From a virus (lineage: Duplodnaviria; Heunggongvirae; Uroviricota; Caudoviricetes): DNA of 17,791 bases. How positions within the stretch are numbered: the first letter of the stretch is position 1; every line of letters starts with the position of its first letter. The stretch lies in the IMG/VR virus record IMGVR_UViG_2698536647_000006, one strand, 5' to 3'. The notes under the pieces are model-generated. The model was given only the letters and a program-made list of their open reading frames with translations. It had not been told where the DNA came from and did no database searches. Position numbers and translations under genes: made by a program. Below are positions 7,569 to 16,254 of the stretch, one piece after another.

Positions 7569-7644
7569 CTACGAAAATTTCGTAGTGCTCACTTTCAAAA
7601 ACGTCACGCCCTTGTACACAGGATTTTACGAAAGTCTCGTAAAA
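7569..7644. promoter_or_regulatory. Two related palindromes: CTACGAAA-A-TTTCGTAG (7569-7585) and TTTTACGA-AAGTC-TCGTAAAA (7624-7644)
   Basis: Both read directly and share inverted TACGA/TCGTA half-sites, centre-to-centre ~57 bp apart. They lie between iteron cluster B and the cargo-operon promoter; candidate operator sites. Confidence 0.35.
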
Positions 7645-7694
7645 CACTCTCTGATGCCAGCCAGGTGTTGTGCGCATCAATTCAGTCACATTGT

Positions 7695-7810
7695 GTTGGT
7701 TCAAAATACCGTGTTGTTGGTTCAGTGTTGGTTCAATAAAAAGAATAAAATCCTTATAAAACAATACTCTTTACAAATTGAACCAACTGAACCAACTGAA
7801 CCAACACCTT
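7695..7810. repeat. Iteron cluster B: three spaced GTTGGTTCA (7695-7703, 7716-7724, 7727-7735) plus three tandem TGAACCAAC (7779-7805)
   Basis: Direct reading; mirror image of cluster A. Lies immediately 3' of the primase-helicase gene, so it is a candidate ori. Confidence 0.7.
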
Positions 7811-7830
7811 TTCTACGCACATGAAGAAGC

Positions 7831-10587
7831 TCATTCTTCAGATGAGTTATAATCTCCAGGCTGGTAATTGAGTACATAAACGTTTATTTGTCGTCCCTGA
7901 ATACGTGGTGATTTTCTTTGGTATCCACGACCGCTGTTTGGTGGGGTTAGCATCCCGGCTTTTTTCAACACTTCAGCAAACTGTTTTGCGTTGAAACCAC
8001 ATGCGATCTCCTTTTCAAATGTGGCCGGGAATGTGTAGAAAATCATTGGGCTTTCGTCATGTTCTCCACGCTGACGGTATCCGGCCAAATCTTTGATGGG
8101 CAAATCTGCCGGGCTGTATGGAAATGGTGCAAAACGGCTAAGCCCATAGGCATTAAGAAATGCCTCCGTTTGTTCAATAATCTGCTGATGTTCTTTGTTA
8201 CCTGTGCCGAACTCGCGCAACCATGCGTTATAGCTGTGCTGTATCGCATCACGGCATGTCTGAGCATCCCAGCCTGTTACAACCTCGCCTAACAGCAATG
8301 CGGCCTCCAGAATGGCAAATCGCGCGGCTACACGGTGAACCTGCTCACCATAATCGGATGGGATCAGACTTCTCCATCTGCTTTCGCAGTCACGAACAGT
8401 TTTAATTGCCTGTTGCTGGTGGTCTGCCAGCCATTTAATCCACTCACGCCCGGCTGCGCCGTGGTGATGCTGGTAAGCGTCTTTCAGTGCGTCTGCGTGC
8501 TGTTTTCCGTTCTGGTAATCGTGAAAGCGTACTGCTTTACTCAACGGAATATTCAGCAGTCGCACCAGTTGCCCGGCTTTGGTTTTTCGCCCGGAAGTAG
8601 CGATAAATGTTTCTAAATCCATTTCTCCAGTGCTGATTGCCACTGTACGCCAGCGTTTTAGATCCCGGTTTCCACCATCTTTAGCGCCTTGCAGTTTCCC
8701 TACACCGTTAAATAACGCATAGGCAGACTGTGAAACACTGACAGGATCAGCGCCCTGACCAACTTCATCAAGCGGTATTAGTCCGTCATTGTGGGCGGCG
8801 GCTTCATTTGCCAGCCCCAGCGCGGTTCCGTACCACGTCAGCCGCAATAAATCAGGGTTGCCGTATAAGCTGCTCGCCACGTTTGCCGTGGTGGTCTTAC
8901 CTGCGCTCGACTGCTCATAGAAATGAATGCCGAACCCGTCAGCGCCCACCAGCCCAATCAATGGCGCTGCCAGTGCTGCGCCGATCCCGGTCATCATTGA
9001 ATAGTTACCAAAGGCCAGACGCGCCACGTTATCACGCCAGCTTTTCGCGCTCCCTGAGACGGTATATCCGGCTGCGGCTGAGCTTCTCCCGCTGAACAGC
9101 ACAGGATTTTCAGGTGTTCCGATGATTTCCCCATCAGGCATGATGTACGCTCCGCATTGCCAGCCAGTGGCATGAGCAACACGCCACAATTCACGAGAGC
9201 CACTGCGTTGTAGCCAGTCTGCCAGTATTGCTCTGAGGCTGCTTTTGGTCGTGACATTTACCCCACCAGCTTTAAGTGTGCGCCATCCTTCACGTTCACC
9301 AATATCAGCCAGTGGAATAGCAGCGGTTGTCGGCGTTTCAGAACCAAACGACAGCCAGCGAAGAATGAGATACTGGTCTTTATCGTCTCTGCCAGTACCG
9401 ATAACGCTTAACGGAGAACATAACCAGCTTTCGTTATTGATGATTTCTCCACTCTGGCTGTCAGCTCTCGGAGATACCCAATAAATACCATCCTCGCGGC
9501 TTTCTATTCTTGGTTTCAGTGGGTCGGTATCCATAACCTTAAAATCGCTTCCCTCAATGGTCTGTGGCTGCTGTTTCACGCCATTACCCTGTGGTTGGTA
9601 CATTGACTTATTGAACGCTTCTGTGGCGCATTTAATGCCGTGTTTTTGGTGGTAATCATTCCAGTCTGCTTTGTGATCTGTCGGGGGTAATGCCACCCAT
9701 CCAGAAACAGATAAAGCTGCTTTTTCTGCTGCTATTCTCCCCGTGTTTTGTCTTCCTTCGCTGTGGTCGTTATCCGCAGCAATGATGATTTGTGCTGAAG
9801 GAAATTTATCCCGCAGTACCTGGGCGACATATAACAGGTTCCCGGCATCAATCGCCGCCACTGTCAGCGATTCTGGACGAATTAAATGGGCAGATAATGC
9901 CGTTGCCAGCCCTTCTGCGATTAAGATGCTCTGTGTTGTTTCTGGTGCGTTTATGGCGTGATATGCCCCTCGCTTTGCTGAACCTGTCAGGAGTCTTTTT
10001 TCACCATGTGAGGTAATAGTCTGTGCTGCTGTGACTGCGCCGGATTTATCCACCAGCGCCAGCAACAGAGATCCATCGGGCAACACTGGGAATGTAAAAT
10101 CACCTACCCCTTTCGCAACCAGATAATCAGATTTGCCGTTTACAGCCTTTCTGCGCATGTCATCAAACTGACGGGAAAACGTATCCCGTCTTTGTTGTTC
10201 GTCCTTCTCTGCCCTTTTCAGGCGCTCCTGTTCGCGTCGCTGGCGCTCGGTTTCCAGTTGTTCCCGTTTCTGGCTGGTGGCTTCTGGTGTTTCCGTTGTC
10301 CGGTAATCAATACCCAGAACATCAGCGGCAAGCAGCGCCGCCTCTGTTGTGTCGCAGTTATTTACGCGTTTAATTAAATCCAGCCCATCACCAGCGCCGC
10401 ACTGATTACAGATGAAGCTACCGCGCCCGTTGTCATCGAACCGGAATCGATCTTTGCCCCCACATGCAGGGCAGGGAGCATGACGGCGCGGAGAGTCAGG
10501 GACATTTATGTTCAGGCAGCCCAGCACATGAGGCCAGTTGTTTTCAGACGCACTGATAACCTGACGGATAAGATCAATGTTTCGCAT
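7831..10587 (-). CDS. Primase-helicase (zinc-ribbon primase, TOPRIM, P-loop NTPase), 918 aa
   Basis: Cys-rich N-terminus CPACGG...CNQCG; TOPRIM-like IAEGLATA...AADNDH; Walker A SSAGKTT and Walker B-like IPLDEVGQ. GGGGG RBS 5 nt upstream of the ATG at 10587. Architecture resembles satellite-phage replicases such as P4 alpha. Confidence 0.85.
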   Translation of the reverse strand: MRNIDLIRQVISASENNWPHVLGCLNINVPDSPRRHAPCPACGGKDRFRFDDNGRGSFICNQCGAGDGLDLIKRVNNCDTTEAALLAADVLGIDYRTTETPEATSQKREQLETERQRREQERLKRAEKDEQQRRDTFSRQFDDMRRKAVNGKSDYLVAKGVGDFTFPVLPDGSLLLALVDKSGAVTAAQTITSHGEKRLLTGSAKRGAYHAINAPETTQSILIAEGLATALSAHLIRPESLTVAAIDAGNLLYVAQVLRDKFPSAQIIIAADNDHSEGRQNTGRIAAEKAALSVSGWVALPPTDHKADWNDYHQKHGIKCATEAFNKSMYQPQGNGVKQQPQTIEGSDFKVMDTDPLKPRIESREDGIYWVSPRADSQSGEIINNESWLCSPLSVIGTGRDDKDQYLILRWLSFGSETPTTAAIPLADIGEREGWRTLKAGGVNVTTKSSLRAILADWLQRSGSRELWRVAHATGWQCGAYIMPDGEIIGTPENPVLFSGRSSAAAGYTVSGSAKSWRDNVARLAFGNYSMMTGIGAALAAPLIGLVGADGFGIHFYEQSSAGKTTTANVASSLYGNPDLLRLTWYGTALGLANEAAAHNDGLIPLDEVGQGADPVSVSQSAYALFNGVGKLQGAKDGGNRDLKRWRTVAISTGEMDLETFIATSGRKTKAGQLVRLLNIPLSKAVRFHDYQNGKQHADALKDAYQHHHGAAGREWIKWLADHQQQAIKTVRDCESRWRSLIPSDYGEQVHRVAARFAILEAALLLGEVVTGWDAQTCRDAIQHSYNAWLREFGTGNKEHQQIIEQTEAFLNAYGLSRFAPFPYSPADLPIKDLAGYRQRGEHDESPMIFYTFPATFEKEIACGFNAKQFAEVLKKAGMLTPPNSGRGYQRKSPRIQGRQINVYVLNYQPGDYNSSEE

Positions 10588-10599
10588 TCTGGCCCCCGT

Positions 10600-11202
10600 T
10601 TAGTGCGTCACTGGTGCTTCTGGGATGCCGTTTTCGTTTAGTTCGGCAATAAAGCTGTTGTGAAGATCGGCAAGCACTTCTCGCCCAAACGAAGTGAGTG
10701 TTCCCTGTTCGACATCGAACATGTTGCTGTAAAAAATGATGGCATTATTTGTTCCGACATCAACACCATATTTCTCGATCATTGCGCCCTCAATGTTGTT
10801 TGCCATAGCGAGGCGCTCTGCTACTGGATACAGCGGCATGGCGACGATGCCATTGGAATAAACAGAAACCACGGAATGATTGCCACTGTCATCAATAATG
10901 CTGACGGTGCCGTTTTCCTTTCTCATTTCATTGATGAATGCTGTTGCTATCAGCCAGCGCCACATAATCACGTGATGCTGTGATGTGTAATCGAAATATC
11001 CCTGGTTGCCGCCACTGGCAATAGCGAGATGTATAAACATGCCTTCATCTGGTTTATCGTCATAATCCCCGGCATCCAGACGATTTACGGCATCAATATA
11101 TGAGACGGTATCAACGCGTTCTGTCATGCCATCGTTGCTGCGGTACATGATGTTTACGCCGTCAGGCGTTGCTTCTGCATGGAAAGTTAAGAAATTATTC
11201 AT
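10600..11202 (-). CDS. Hypothetical protein (~200 aa)
   Basis: ORF-track frame 10600-11307. The likely start is the ATG at 11202 (MNNFLTF...), which overlaps the upstream stop as ATGAATAA. No family recognised. Confidence 0.55.
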   Translation of the reverse strand: MNNFLTFHAEATPDGVNIMYRSNDGMTERVDTVSYIDAVNRLDAGDYDDKPDEGMFIHLAIASGGNQGYFDYTSQHHVIMWRWLIATAFINEMRKENGTVSIIDDSGNHSVVSVYSNGIVAMPLYPVAERLAMANNIEGAMIEKYGVDVGTNNAIIFYSNMFDVEQGTLTSFGREVLADLHNSFIAELNENGIPEAPVTH

Positions 11203-11416
11203 GTTTCGCCTCGCCTGAATGATTCTGTAACTCATATTTGCCCAACAATTCGTCCGCTTCCTGAATAGCTTCTGGTACGCCATTGAGCAGTGACATAACC
11301 GCGCCAATCATTAACTTGTCTCTGTTGCTGGGGCTGGCCCCTTCAAGCCAGAACCCTAAAACAGTCTGAACCTGTTCGATGCGACATTGCGCTTCAATGA
11401 GCTGGATGTTGGTCAT
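11195..11416 (-). CDS. Hypothetical small protein (73 aa)
   Basis: ORF in the co-directional, overlap-coupled gene chain; no family recognised. Confidence 0.5.
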   Translation of the reverse strand: MTNIQLIEAQCRIEQVQTVLGFWLEGASPSNRDKLMIGAVMSLLNGVPEAIQEADELLGKYELQNHSGEAKHE

Positions 11417-11676
11417 TTCGCACTCTCCACATCGATTAAACCGATATCTATCAGGGAGGTAACTTTTTGTAGCCAGCTATTGATTACTGTCGCCTGTTCC
11501 CCTCCCACCGAGGGAACAATCTCATTCATCACATGAACCAGACCTGTGCGCGCTCTGGTAAGCCGTTCAGTCGCGCAATCTGCGGGAGTGAATGTGTCTG
11601 GATATGGCTCTTCGCGCCCCAGCAATGATTCAATTTCCAGCTCACACGGATGACGATAAATTAAGTTGATATTCAT
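11413..11676 (-). CDS. Hypothetical small protein (87 aa)
   Basis: ORF in the co-directional chain with a 4-nt overlap to the neighbouring gene; no family recognised. Confidence 0.5.
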   Translation of the reverse strand: MNINLIYRHPCELEIESLLGREEPYPDTFTPADCATERLTRARTGLVHVMNEIVPSVGGEQATVINSWLQKVTSLIDIGLIDVESAK

Positions 11677-11867
11677 TTTTCACCCCCAAGAATTACCAGC
11701 TCGGCACGGGCATCGTTAACCAAAGATGAGCGCGCTTTAATCGCATCCACGACATCAGCAGCGTCCATTTCTTCAGCCGAAAGACTGACAGCAACCGGGA
11801 CAGCCGCTGCTTGCTCGATTAATTGAAGTGCGGACGTAAGGCGAGGGGTATTAATTGAGTTATTCAT
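11673..11867 (-). CDS. Hypothetical small protein (64 aa; track ORF extends to 11924)
   Basis: The ATG at 11867 is preceded by GGGGG and overlaps the upstream stop as ATGAATAA; the longer track start has no RBS. Confidence 0.5.
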   Translation of the reverse strand: MNNSINTPRLTSALQLIEQAAAVPVAVSLSAEEMDAADVVDAIKARSSLVNDARAELVILGGEK

Positions 11868-12078
11868 TGGTTGCCCCCGTTTTGCATGGCATTTGTCCAC
11901 CTTCCAGCAGGAAATGAACGTCACGAACGGCGAGGTCCAATATCGCGAGTAACGCCTTCAGTTTTTCGTCTCGTGAGGGAGAGTTGCTCACCAGAATGTC
12001 GTTAATCACTTCTGTCAGTGTGATGATCTGGCTTGTGCGTTCGAGGGGATCCATATGCACATCGTAGGTTTTAATCAT
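11860..12078 (-). CDS. Hypothetical small protein (72 aa), nested in-frame at the 3' end of the 355-codon ORF
   Basis: ATG at 12078 with GGAGG 6 nt upstream, overlapping the stop of the 12071-12265 ORF as ATGATTAA. Product [30 protein letters not shown]... looks protein-like. Confidence 0.45.
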   Translation of the reverse strand: MIKTYDVHMDPLERTSQIITLTEVINDILVSNSPSRDEKLKALLAILDLAVRDVHFLLEGGQMPCKTGATNE

Positions 12079-12927
12079 GTGCCACCTCCATGCGGATACG
12101 ACCAGCAAAAAAGCAGATGTGATCGCGCACCAGAGAACGGCGAGCATCGCGTTCAGACTCGGCAGCAATATGATGAATTTTGGCGGTAATTGTCGGGCAA
12201 TCGCGGCGAACTGCGGCGATAATCCAGATAAATTGCGTTTTTTGGGTAGGGGTAGTAGCCAGCATGTGGCAGCCTCCTTCAGATAGCAGGTTACGCTACC
12301 ACCGGAAACGCCAATTTCGCTGGTGGTAGCCCAGACAGGGTTGGCGTAACCGGCTCTGAAGGATACCGGCGCTTCCGAAGAAGCCCCCGCCTGAGCCACC
12401 ATTGATTGACAAAGGCGCTGGATTATACACCAACGCCCAAAAAATGGGTGAGTCAGACCTACGACATAAAAAAAGACGCTCGGCGCGTCATATGTCGCCT
12501 TCAGAATTTTCAGGACGCCAATCCCGGCACCCGTTTTATGAGGTGCCTTATAACCATAAACCGTGTTGCCGCATAACGGCAAGCTCTTTTTTATGGACTC
12601 CGAAAACTCACTATTGGAAGAACCAGAAGCACAGTACATCGCGCTCATTTCGTTAACGTCACGCGCGTGGACGAAGGTTTTTGTGGAGTCACTACACGAG
12701 CAGAGAAAGCCATCTACGACCAGAAATTCTCTGGCATAGCCGCTGACCTTCTCAACGCTAACACCATCGACCGTAATTTCTGACATAGTTAAGGCATCCG
12801 CTCCTACCACCAGAAAATGATAAACTTTGCTTGTATCTGCTGTATTAATGTCTGACTTTGCTGTCATATTGCTGGATTTTGGCGACATACCAGCCAGTGA
12901 AAATATCTTCTTCTGGGCGGTTAGCAT
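11860..12927 (-). CDS. 355-codon ORF, probably composite; the 5' ~220 codons may be a real gene
   Basis: ATG at 12927 with GGAGG 7 nt upstream, and no in-frame stop until 11860. The middle segment overlaps a strongly RBS-fronted ORF in another frame and reads as low-quality protein; hairpins lie inside it. Confidence 0.3.
   Translation of the reverse strand: MLTAQKKIFSLAGMSPKSSNMTAKSDINTADTSKVYHFLVVGADALTMSEITVDGVSVEKVSGYAREFLVVDGFLCSCSDSTKTFVHARDVNEMSAMYCASGSSNSEFSESIKKSLPLCGNTVYGYKAPHKTGAGIGVLKILKATYDAPSVFFYVVGLTHPFFGRWCIIQRLCQSMVAQAGASSEAPVSFRAGYANPVWATTSEIGVSGGSVTCYLKEAATCWLLPLPKKRNLSGLSPQFAAIARQLPPKFIILLPSLNAMLAVLWCAITSAFLLVVSAWRWHMIKTYDVHMDPLERTSQIITLTEVINDILVSNSPSRDEKLKALLAILDLAVRDVHFLLEGGQMPCKTGATNE
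12071..12265 (-). CDS. Hypothetical small protein (64 aa)
   Basis: ATG at 12265 with a perfect AAGGAGG 7 nt upstream. It overlaps the long 355-codon ORF in a different frame. Confidence 0.4.
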   Translation of the reverse strand: MLATTPTQKTQFIWIIAAVRRDCPTITAKIHHIAAESERDARRSLVRDHICFFAGRIRMEVAHD

Positions 12928-13103
12928 TTGTTAACCTCCGCGAACTCCTTCATGAAACGTGCCAGCGGTTGTACGCATGGCGATTGATACCCGTCGCGAT
13001 AAAACGTCACTCGGTTGTGAGACACGCTTTCGACAGTAACGAGTGCTCCGTGGGCATCTTTGTAGCGTTTTTGAGGTTGTGGTGTTCCTGTCGGCTTAAA
13101 CAT
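12921..13103 (-). CDS. Small conserved island protein (~60 aa; possibly DUF4222-like)
   Basis: ATG at 13103 (MFKPTGTPQPQKRYKDAHGALVTVESVSHNRVTFYRDGYQSPCVQP...) overlaps the upstream stop as ATGTTTAA. Resembles small prophage proteins I recall; family unverified. Track ORF extends to 13190. Confidence 0.45.
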   Translation of the reverse strand: MFKPTGTPQPQKRYKDAHGALVTVESVSHNRVTFYRDGYQSPCVQPLARFMKEFAEVNKC

Positions 13104-13929
13104 GGACCGCCTCCAGACGCTTGGCGAGCCAGCGTTGCGACAGGCGGGTGAGTTCTCCTTTGCGCTGCTCATATTCCATGCCCATATCAATTAACGTGAT
13201 ATTGGTGCTTTCGAGATATGAGAGGTGCTCAAGCTGTTCTGCGTTCATATGGTCGCGAGGTTCGCCAGAATAGCCATTTATCCGCGCCCACTGCTTAGCA
13301 GTTAGCCCACCAAGAACGATACGAGAAATCATATTGCTCTCGTTTGTGTAGTGGTGTTGCTGCGTCGTTTTCCCCTGCTCGGCACGGGCCATATTCAGCG
13401 CATCGCACATTGGCTTAAAGTTGTTTGCGGCACTAATACGGGCTTTTAGCTGGCGACGATAGCGGGCGGCGATTTCAGGCACGCTACGCTGTAATTCTTC
13501 CTCGCACTGGATGAAATAACGACGGATAGCGCGACCCTGATCATTGCGTTCGATCATTGCCAGTTCTTTCGCCATTCCGACACTTAACAGATAGTCTTTG
13601 CCGGGTCTGCCAGACTGCTTAATCTTGCTGTAAGCCGCGCCATTCGGGCTTTTCCCCAAATTTGGGGAAATTGTTTTATGGACTGAGTAATCGTGCCCAA
13701 TGGTGAAGTCATATTCAGAGATGCGATCAGTGATCCATGTAGAGAAGTCTTTTCCCACGCCCAACGCTTTGTGTAACGCTTTTGCGCTAACAATATTGGT
13801 TTCACGCCCACCGATATGACCAGGAATAACCGGGACAATTGCGGCAAATTCATTACCGTTAATTGTGCCCAGAGAGGCGTTCAGATGAGGGGCAGCCTCA
13901 GAAATTAATCTGCTTTTTTCGATGTTCAT
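13096..13929 (-). CDS. Phage antirepressor-like protein (AntA/KilA-C type), 277 aa
   Basis: N-terminal VSAKALHKALGVGKDFSTWITDRISEYDFTIGHDY matches the AntA-type motif as I recall it; the C-terminal half is helical. Family call from memory. Confidence 0.6.
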   Translation of the reverse strand: MNIEKSRLISEAAPHLNASLGTINGNEFAAIVPVIPGHIGGRETNIVSAKALHKALGVGKDFSTWITDRISEYDFTIGHDYSVHKTISPNLGKSPNGAAYSKIKQSGRPGKDYLLSVGMAKELAMIERNDQGRAIRRYFIQCEEELQRSVPEIAARYRRQLKARISAANNFKPMCDALNMARAEQGKTTQQHHYTNESNMISRIVLGGLTAKQWARINGYSGEPRDHMNAEQLEHLSYLESTNITLIDMGMEYEQRKGELTRLSQRWLAKRLEAVHV

Positions 13930-13941
13930 TTTCAGTCTCCG

Positions 13942-14373
13942 TTAGGCGGCGTTAAACGCGTCCGGGTAGAGTTTCAGAATGTCGGCAATTTCCTGCTGAG
14001 AAAGTCCGTTGTGATCATTTATGTTCGCAAGATGGTTAATATGAGTGATCACTTTCAGAACATCACCACGGCAGGAGAAACGGTAGCGAAGGTGTGTTCC
14101 GATACCATCAGGATTCTTTTCGTCGATACGCTCCAGAGTGATTCCAAGCTGGCGTTCTAACTCTGTTGCATAGTTACGACCAGAAGACAGACGGCAGTAG
14201 CGAAGAATGTCATTTTCTGTCCATCCCTCTATACCAGTACGCAGCATATAGACTCTGGCACGATGCTTTTTCGGTGTGCGCTTTGGTGCTTGAAGGGATT
14301 TTGTAAGGGGCGTAACATCAGATACACGAATATCTGAATTAGCCGCCTGTAATGGGCGGTTTTTCTTTTCCAT
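13942..14373 (-). CDS. Hypothetical protein (143 aa)
   Basis: ORF immediately downstream of alpA with a 1-nt TGATG stop/start overlap; no family recognised. Confidence 0.55.
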   Translation of the reverse strand: MEKKNRPLQAANSDIRVSDVTPLTKSLQAPKRTPKKHRARVYMLRTGIEGWTENDILRYCRLSSGRNYATELERQLGITLERIDEKNPDGIGTHLRYRFSCRGDVLKVITHINHLANINDHNGLSQQEIADILKLYPDAFNAA

Positions 14374-14576
14374 CAGGCCATCTCGTCTCTAGATTCTAAT
14401 ATACACTTCTCAATCCATTCATCTATTTCAGACTCAACAAAAGCAATTGCCCGACTTCCAATTTTTACCTGTTTAGGGAACCTCCCCTGACTAATAAGAC
14501 GATAAATCCATGCTTTGCTATAACCAGTTCGCCTTTGAACTTCAGAGAGACGAATTAATGAATTGTAATTAGCCAT
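14373..14576 (-). CDS. alpA: AlpA-family phage regulatory protein (small HTH activator/excisionase-like)
   Basis: 67 aa; LIRLSEVQRRTGYSKAWIYRLISQGRFPKQVKIGSRAIAFVESEIDEWI matches the AlpA/Vis-type HTH pattern. Sits next to the integrase, as usual in tRNA islands. Confidence 0.85.
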   Translation of the reverse strand: MANYNSLIRLSEVQRRTGYSKAWIYRLISQGRFPKQVKIGSRAIAFVESEIDEWIEKCILESRDEMA

Positions 14577-14967
14577 TTATTAATATCCTGTACTAATGAC
14601 GCAATAACCCCCTCCTGCAACGAATGGCGAGAGTTTTATTTGCGTCAAATGCCGAATACGCCAAAGACCACAATATGAAAAACATATTGCGGTCTTTTAT
14701 AAAAGATAGTCAGATTGTTTTGGTTTGTTTGCTCCACAAGGGTAGAGCTACCCTGCATTTCGGCAGGATCACGCTATTAGGCGTGACATCCAGTAGTTTT
14801 AAAGAACATTCCGCTTTGTCAGCGACGTAGAAGGCTCAATACACCTTCGTTTATAAAAGAGCGATTGCCCTTCTCCAGGGCTAACTGTTAAATAGCAATC
14901 CTCTGTGAGTTTTTATCAATCTACTCCCCTATACTTTAGTAAACCTCTGTATACTTGTCCAGTTGTT

Positions 14968-16182
14968 TCATGCGTGTTTTTCAAACACCATATGCACCAC
15001 ATTTCCGCCATGCTCGAGAGAATCCATATAGTCGGCATACCATTGAAGCATCTCCCGCCTTCCATCCAGATATTGCGCATGGTTGTATGTGCCACGAATT
15101 GAGTTCTTATCAACGTGAGCGAGCTGCGTTTCTATCCACGCGGTGTTATAGCCCTGCTCATGCAAAATCGTACTCATAGTGTGCCGGAACCCATGACCAG
15201 TTACACGTCCAGCGTAGCCAATGCGCTTAAACACTTGGTTTATGCTGGCCTCGCTCATTGTTTTCCTTGGATCATTGCGCCCGGGAAACATAAGAGGGTA
15301 ATTGCCTGTTATTTCTCTAATCTTCCCAATAAGCGAAAGAGCCTGCTCAGACAATGGCACAATATGAGGCCGCCGCATTTTCATACGTGAAGCGGGTATC
15401 TCCCAGATAGCCTTGTTGAAATCAATTTCATCCCATAATGCGCCACGTAGTTCGCCAGTCCGCAAGCCGGTGATAATCAGTAGACGAGCCGCCATAACAA
15501 CCAATGCGCTTCCTGAGTAACTGGACAATGCCTTGAAAAAATCAGGTAATTCTTTGGCTGTAAGGAAAGGGTAATGATTAGATTCATGGCCTTGCATCGC
15601 GCTAGTAAGGTCTGGTGCAGGGTTATACTCTGCGCGACCAGTGACTATTGCATAGCGGAAAACTTCCCCGCACCGCTGCCTCACTTTTTTGGCTTTTTCT
15701 GTAGCACCGCGCCCCTCGATGCGCCGCAGCACATTCAGAAGTTCAAGTGGTTTGATTTCGGCGATTGGTTTTTTGCCAATGTAAGGGAACACATCTTTGT
15801 TGAAGGCTTCGAGGATGTCTGAAGCATAACCAGCAGACCATTTTTTTAATTTGCTGCTGTGCCACTCAAGGGCAATATCTTTGAAGGTGTTGTTTAACTG
15901 CGTTTCCCGGGCAATCTTTTCCTCTCGTTTCGCTTCCATCGGATCGATACCACCAGCGATACCTCTTTTCGCATCTTCACGTTTTGCCCGAGCATCGGCT
16001 AGAGTAACCTCAGGATACACACCTAGTGCCAATAGCTTCTCTTTACCAGCTACACGATATTTAAGTCGCCAGTATTTACCTCCATTAGGTTTTACCAAGA
16101 GATACAAACCGCCACCATCGGCCAGCTTGTAAGCCTTCTCTTTTGGCTTGGCTGTGTCTATTTGACGGGCATTGAGTTTCAC
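14968..16182 (-). CDS. int: P4-type tyrosine integrase
   Basis: 404 aa; N-terminal arm-binding pattern LADGGGLYLLVKPNGGKYWRLKYR and C-terminal catalytic region HGFRHT...LAH...Y. Starts at GTG 16182 with GGAGG upstream. Adjacent to the tRNA 3' end. Confidence 0.9.
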   Translation of the reverse strand: MKLNARQIDTAKPKEKAYKLADGGGLYLLVKPNGGKYWRLKYRVAGKEKLLALGVYPEVTLADARAKREDAKRGIAGGIDPMEAKREEKIARETQLNNTFKDIALEWHSSKLKKWSAGYASDILEAFNKDVFPYIGKKPIAEIKPLELLNVLRRIEGRGATEKAKKVRQRCGEVFRYAIVTGRAEYNPAPDLTSAMQGHESNHYPFLTAKELPDFFKALSSYSGSALVVMAARLLIITGLRTGELRGALWDEIDFNKAIWEIPASRMKMRRPHIVPLSEQALSLIGKIREITGNYPLMFPGRNDPRKTMSEASINQVFKRIGYAGRVTGHGFRHTMSTILHEQGYNTAWIETQLAHVDKNSIRGTYNHAQYLDGRREMLQWYADYMDSLEHGGNVVHMVFEKHA

Positions 16183-16254
16183 TTGGGGGTACCTCCACTA
16201 AACCGAACAGCAAATACCCCCATAAGTACCCCCATCTGACCGTAGATTTTGAGG

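Noticed and set aside
7348-7824. ORFs 7348-7542 (+), 7513-7764 (-), 7564-7824 (+)
   Set aside because: They span the terminator, palindromes and iteron cluster B; repeat-driven translations without RBS, so the region is treated as regulatory and non-coding.
8043-10377. Short ORFs on either strand inside the primase-helicase gene
   Set aside because: All nested within a 918-aa ORF that has clear primase/TOPRIM/P-loop motifs.
14624-15822. Plus-strand ORFs in the int-alpA spacer and antisense to the integrase (14624-14830, 14905-15102, 14955-15179, 15115-15390, 15574-15822), plus the minus-strand ORF 14916-15113
   Set aside because: No RBS and implausible products; the integrase frame has strong family features. 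The spacer is more likely promoter/operator DNA.
7831-16182. Classical P4 identity (sid, delta, psu, epsilon, gop/beta/cII cassette)
   Set aside because: None of the small products shows P4 late-gene features that I can recognise, and the gene order (int-alpA-ant-...-primase) fits AlpA-type islands better; only the generic label satellite-like is retained.
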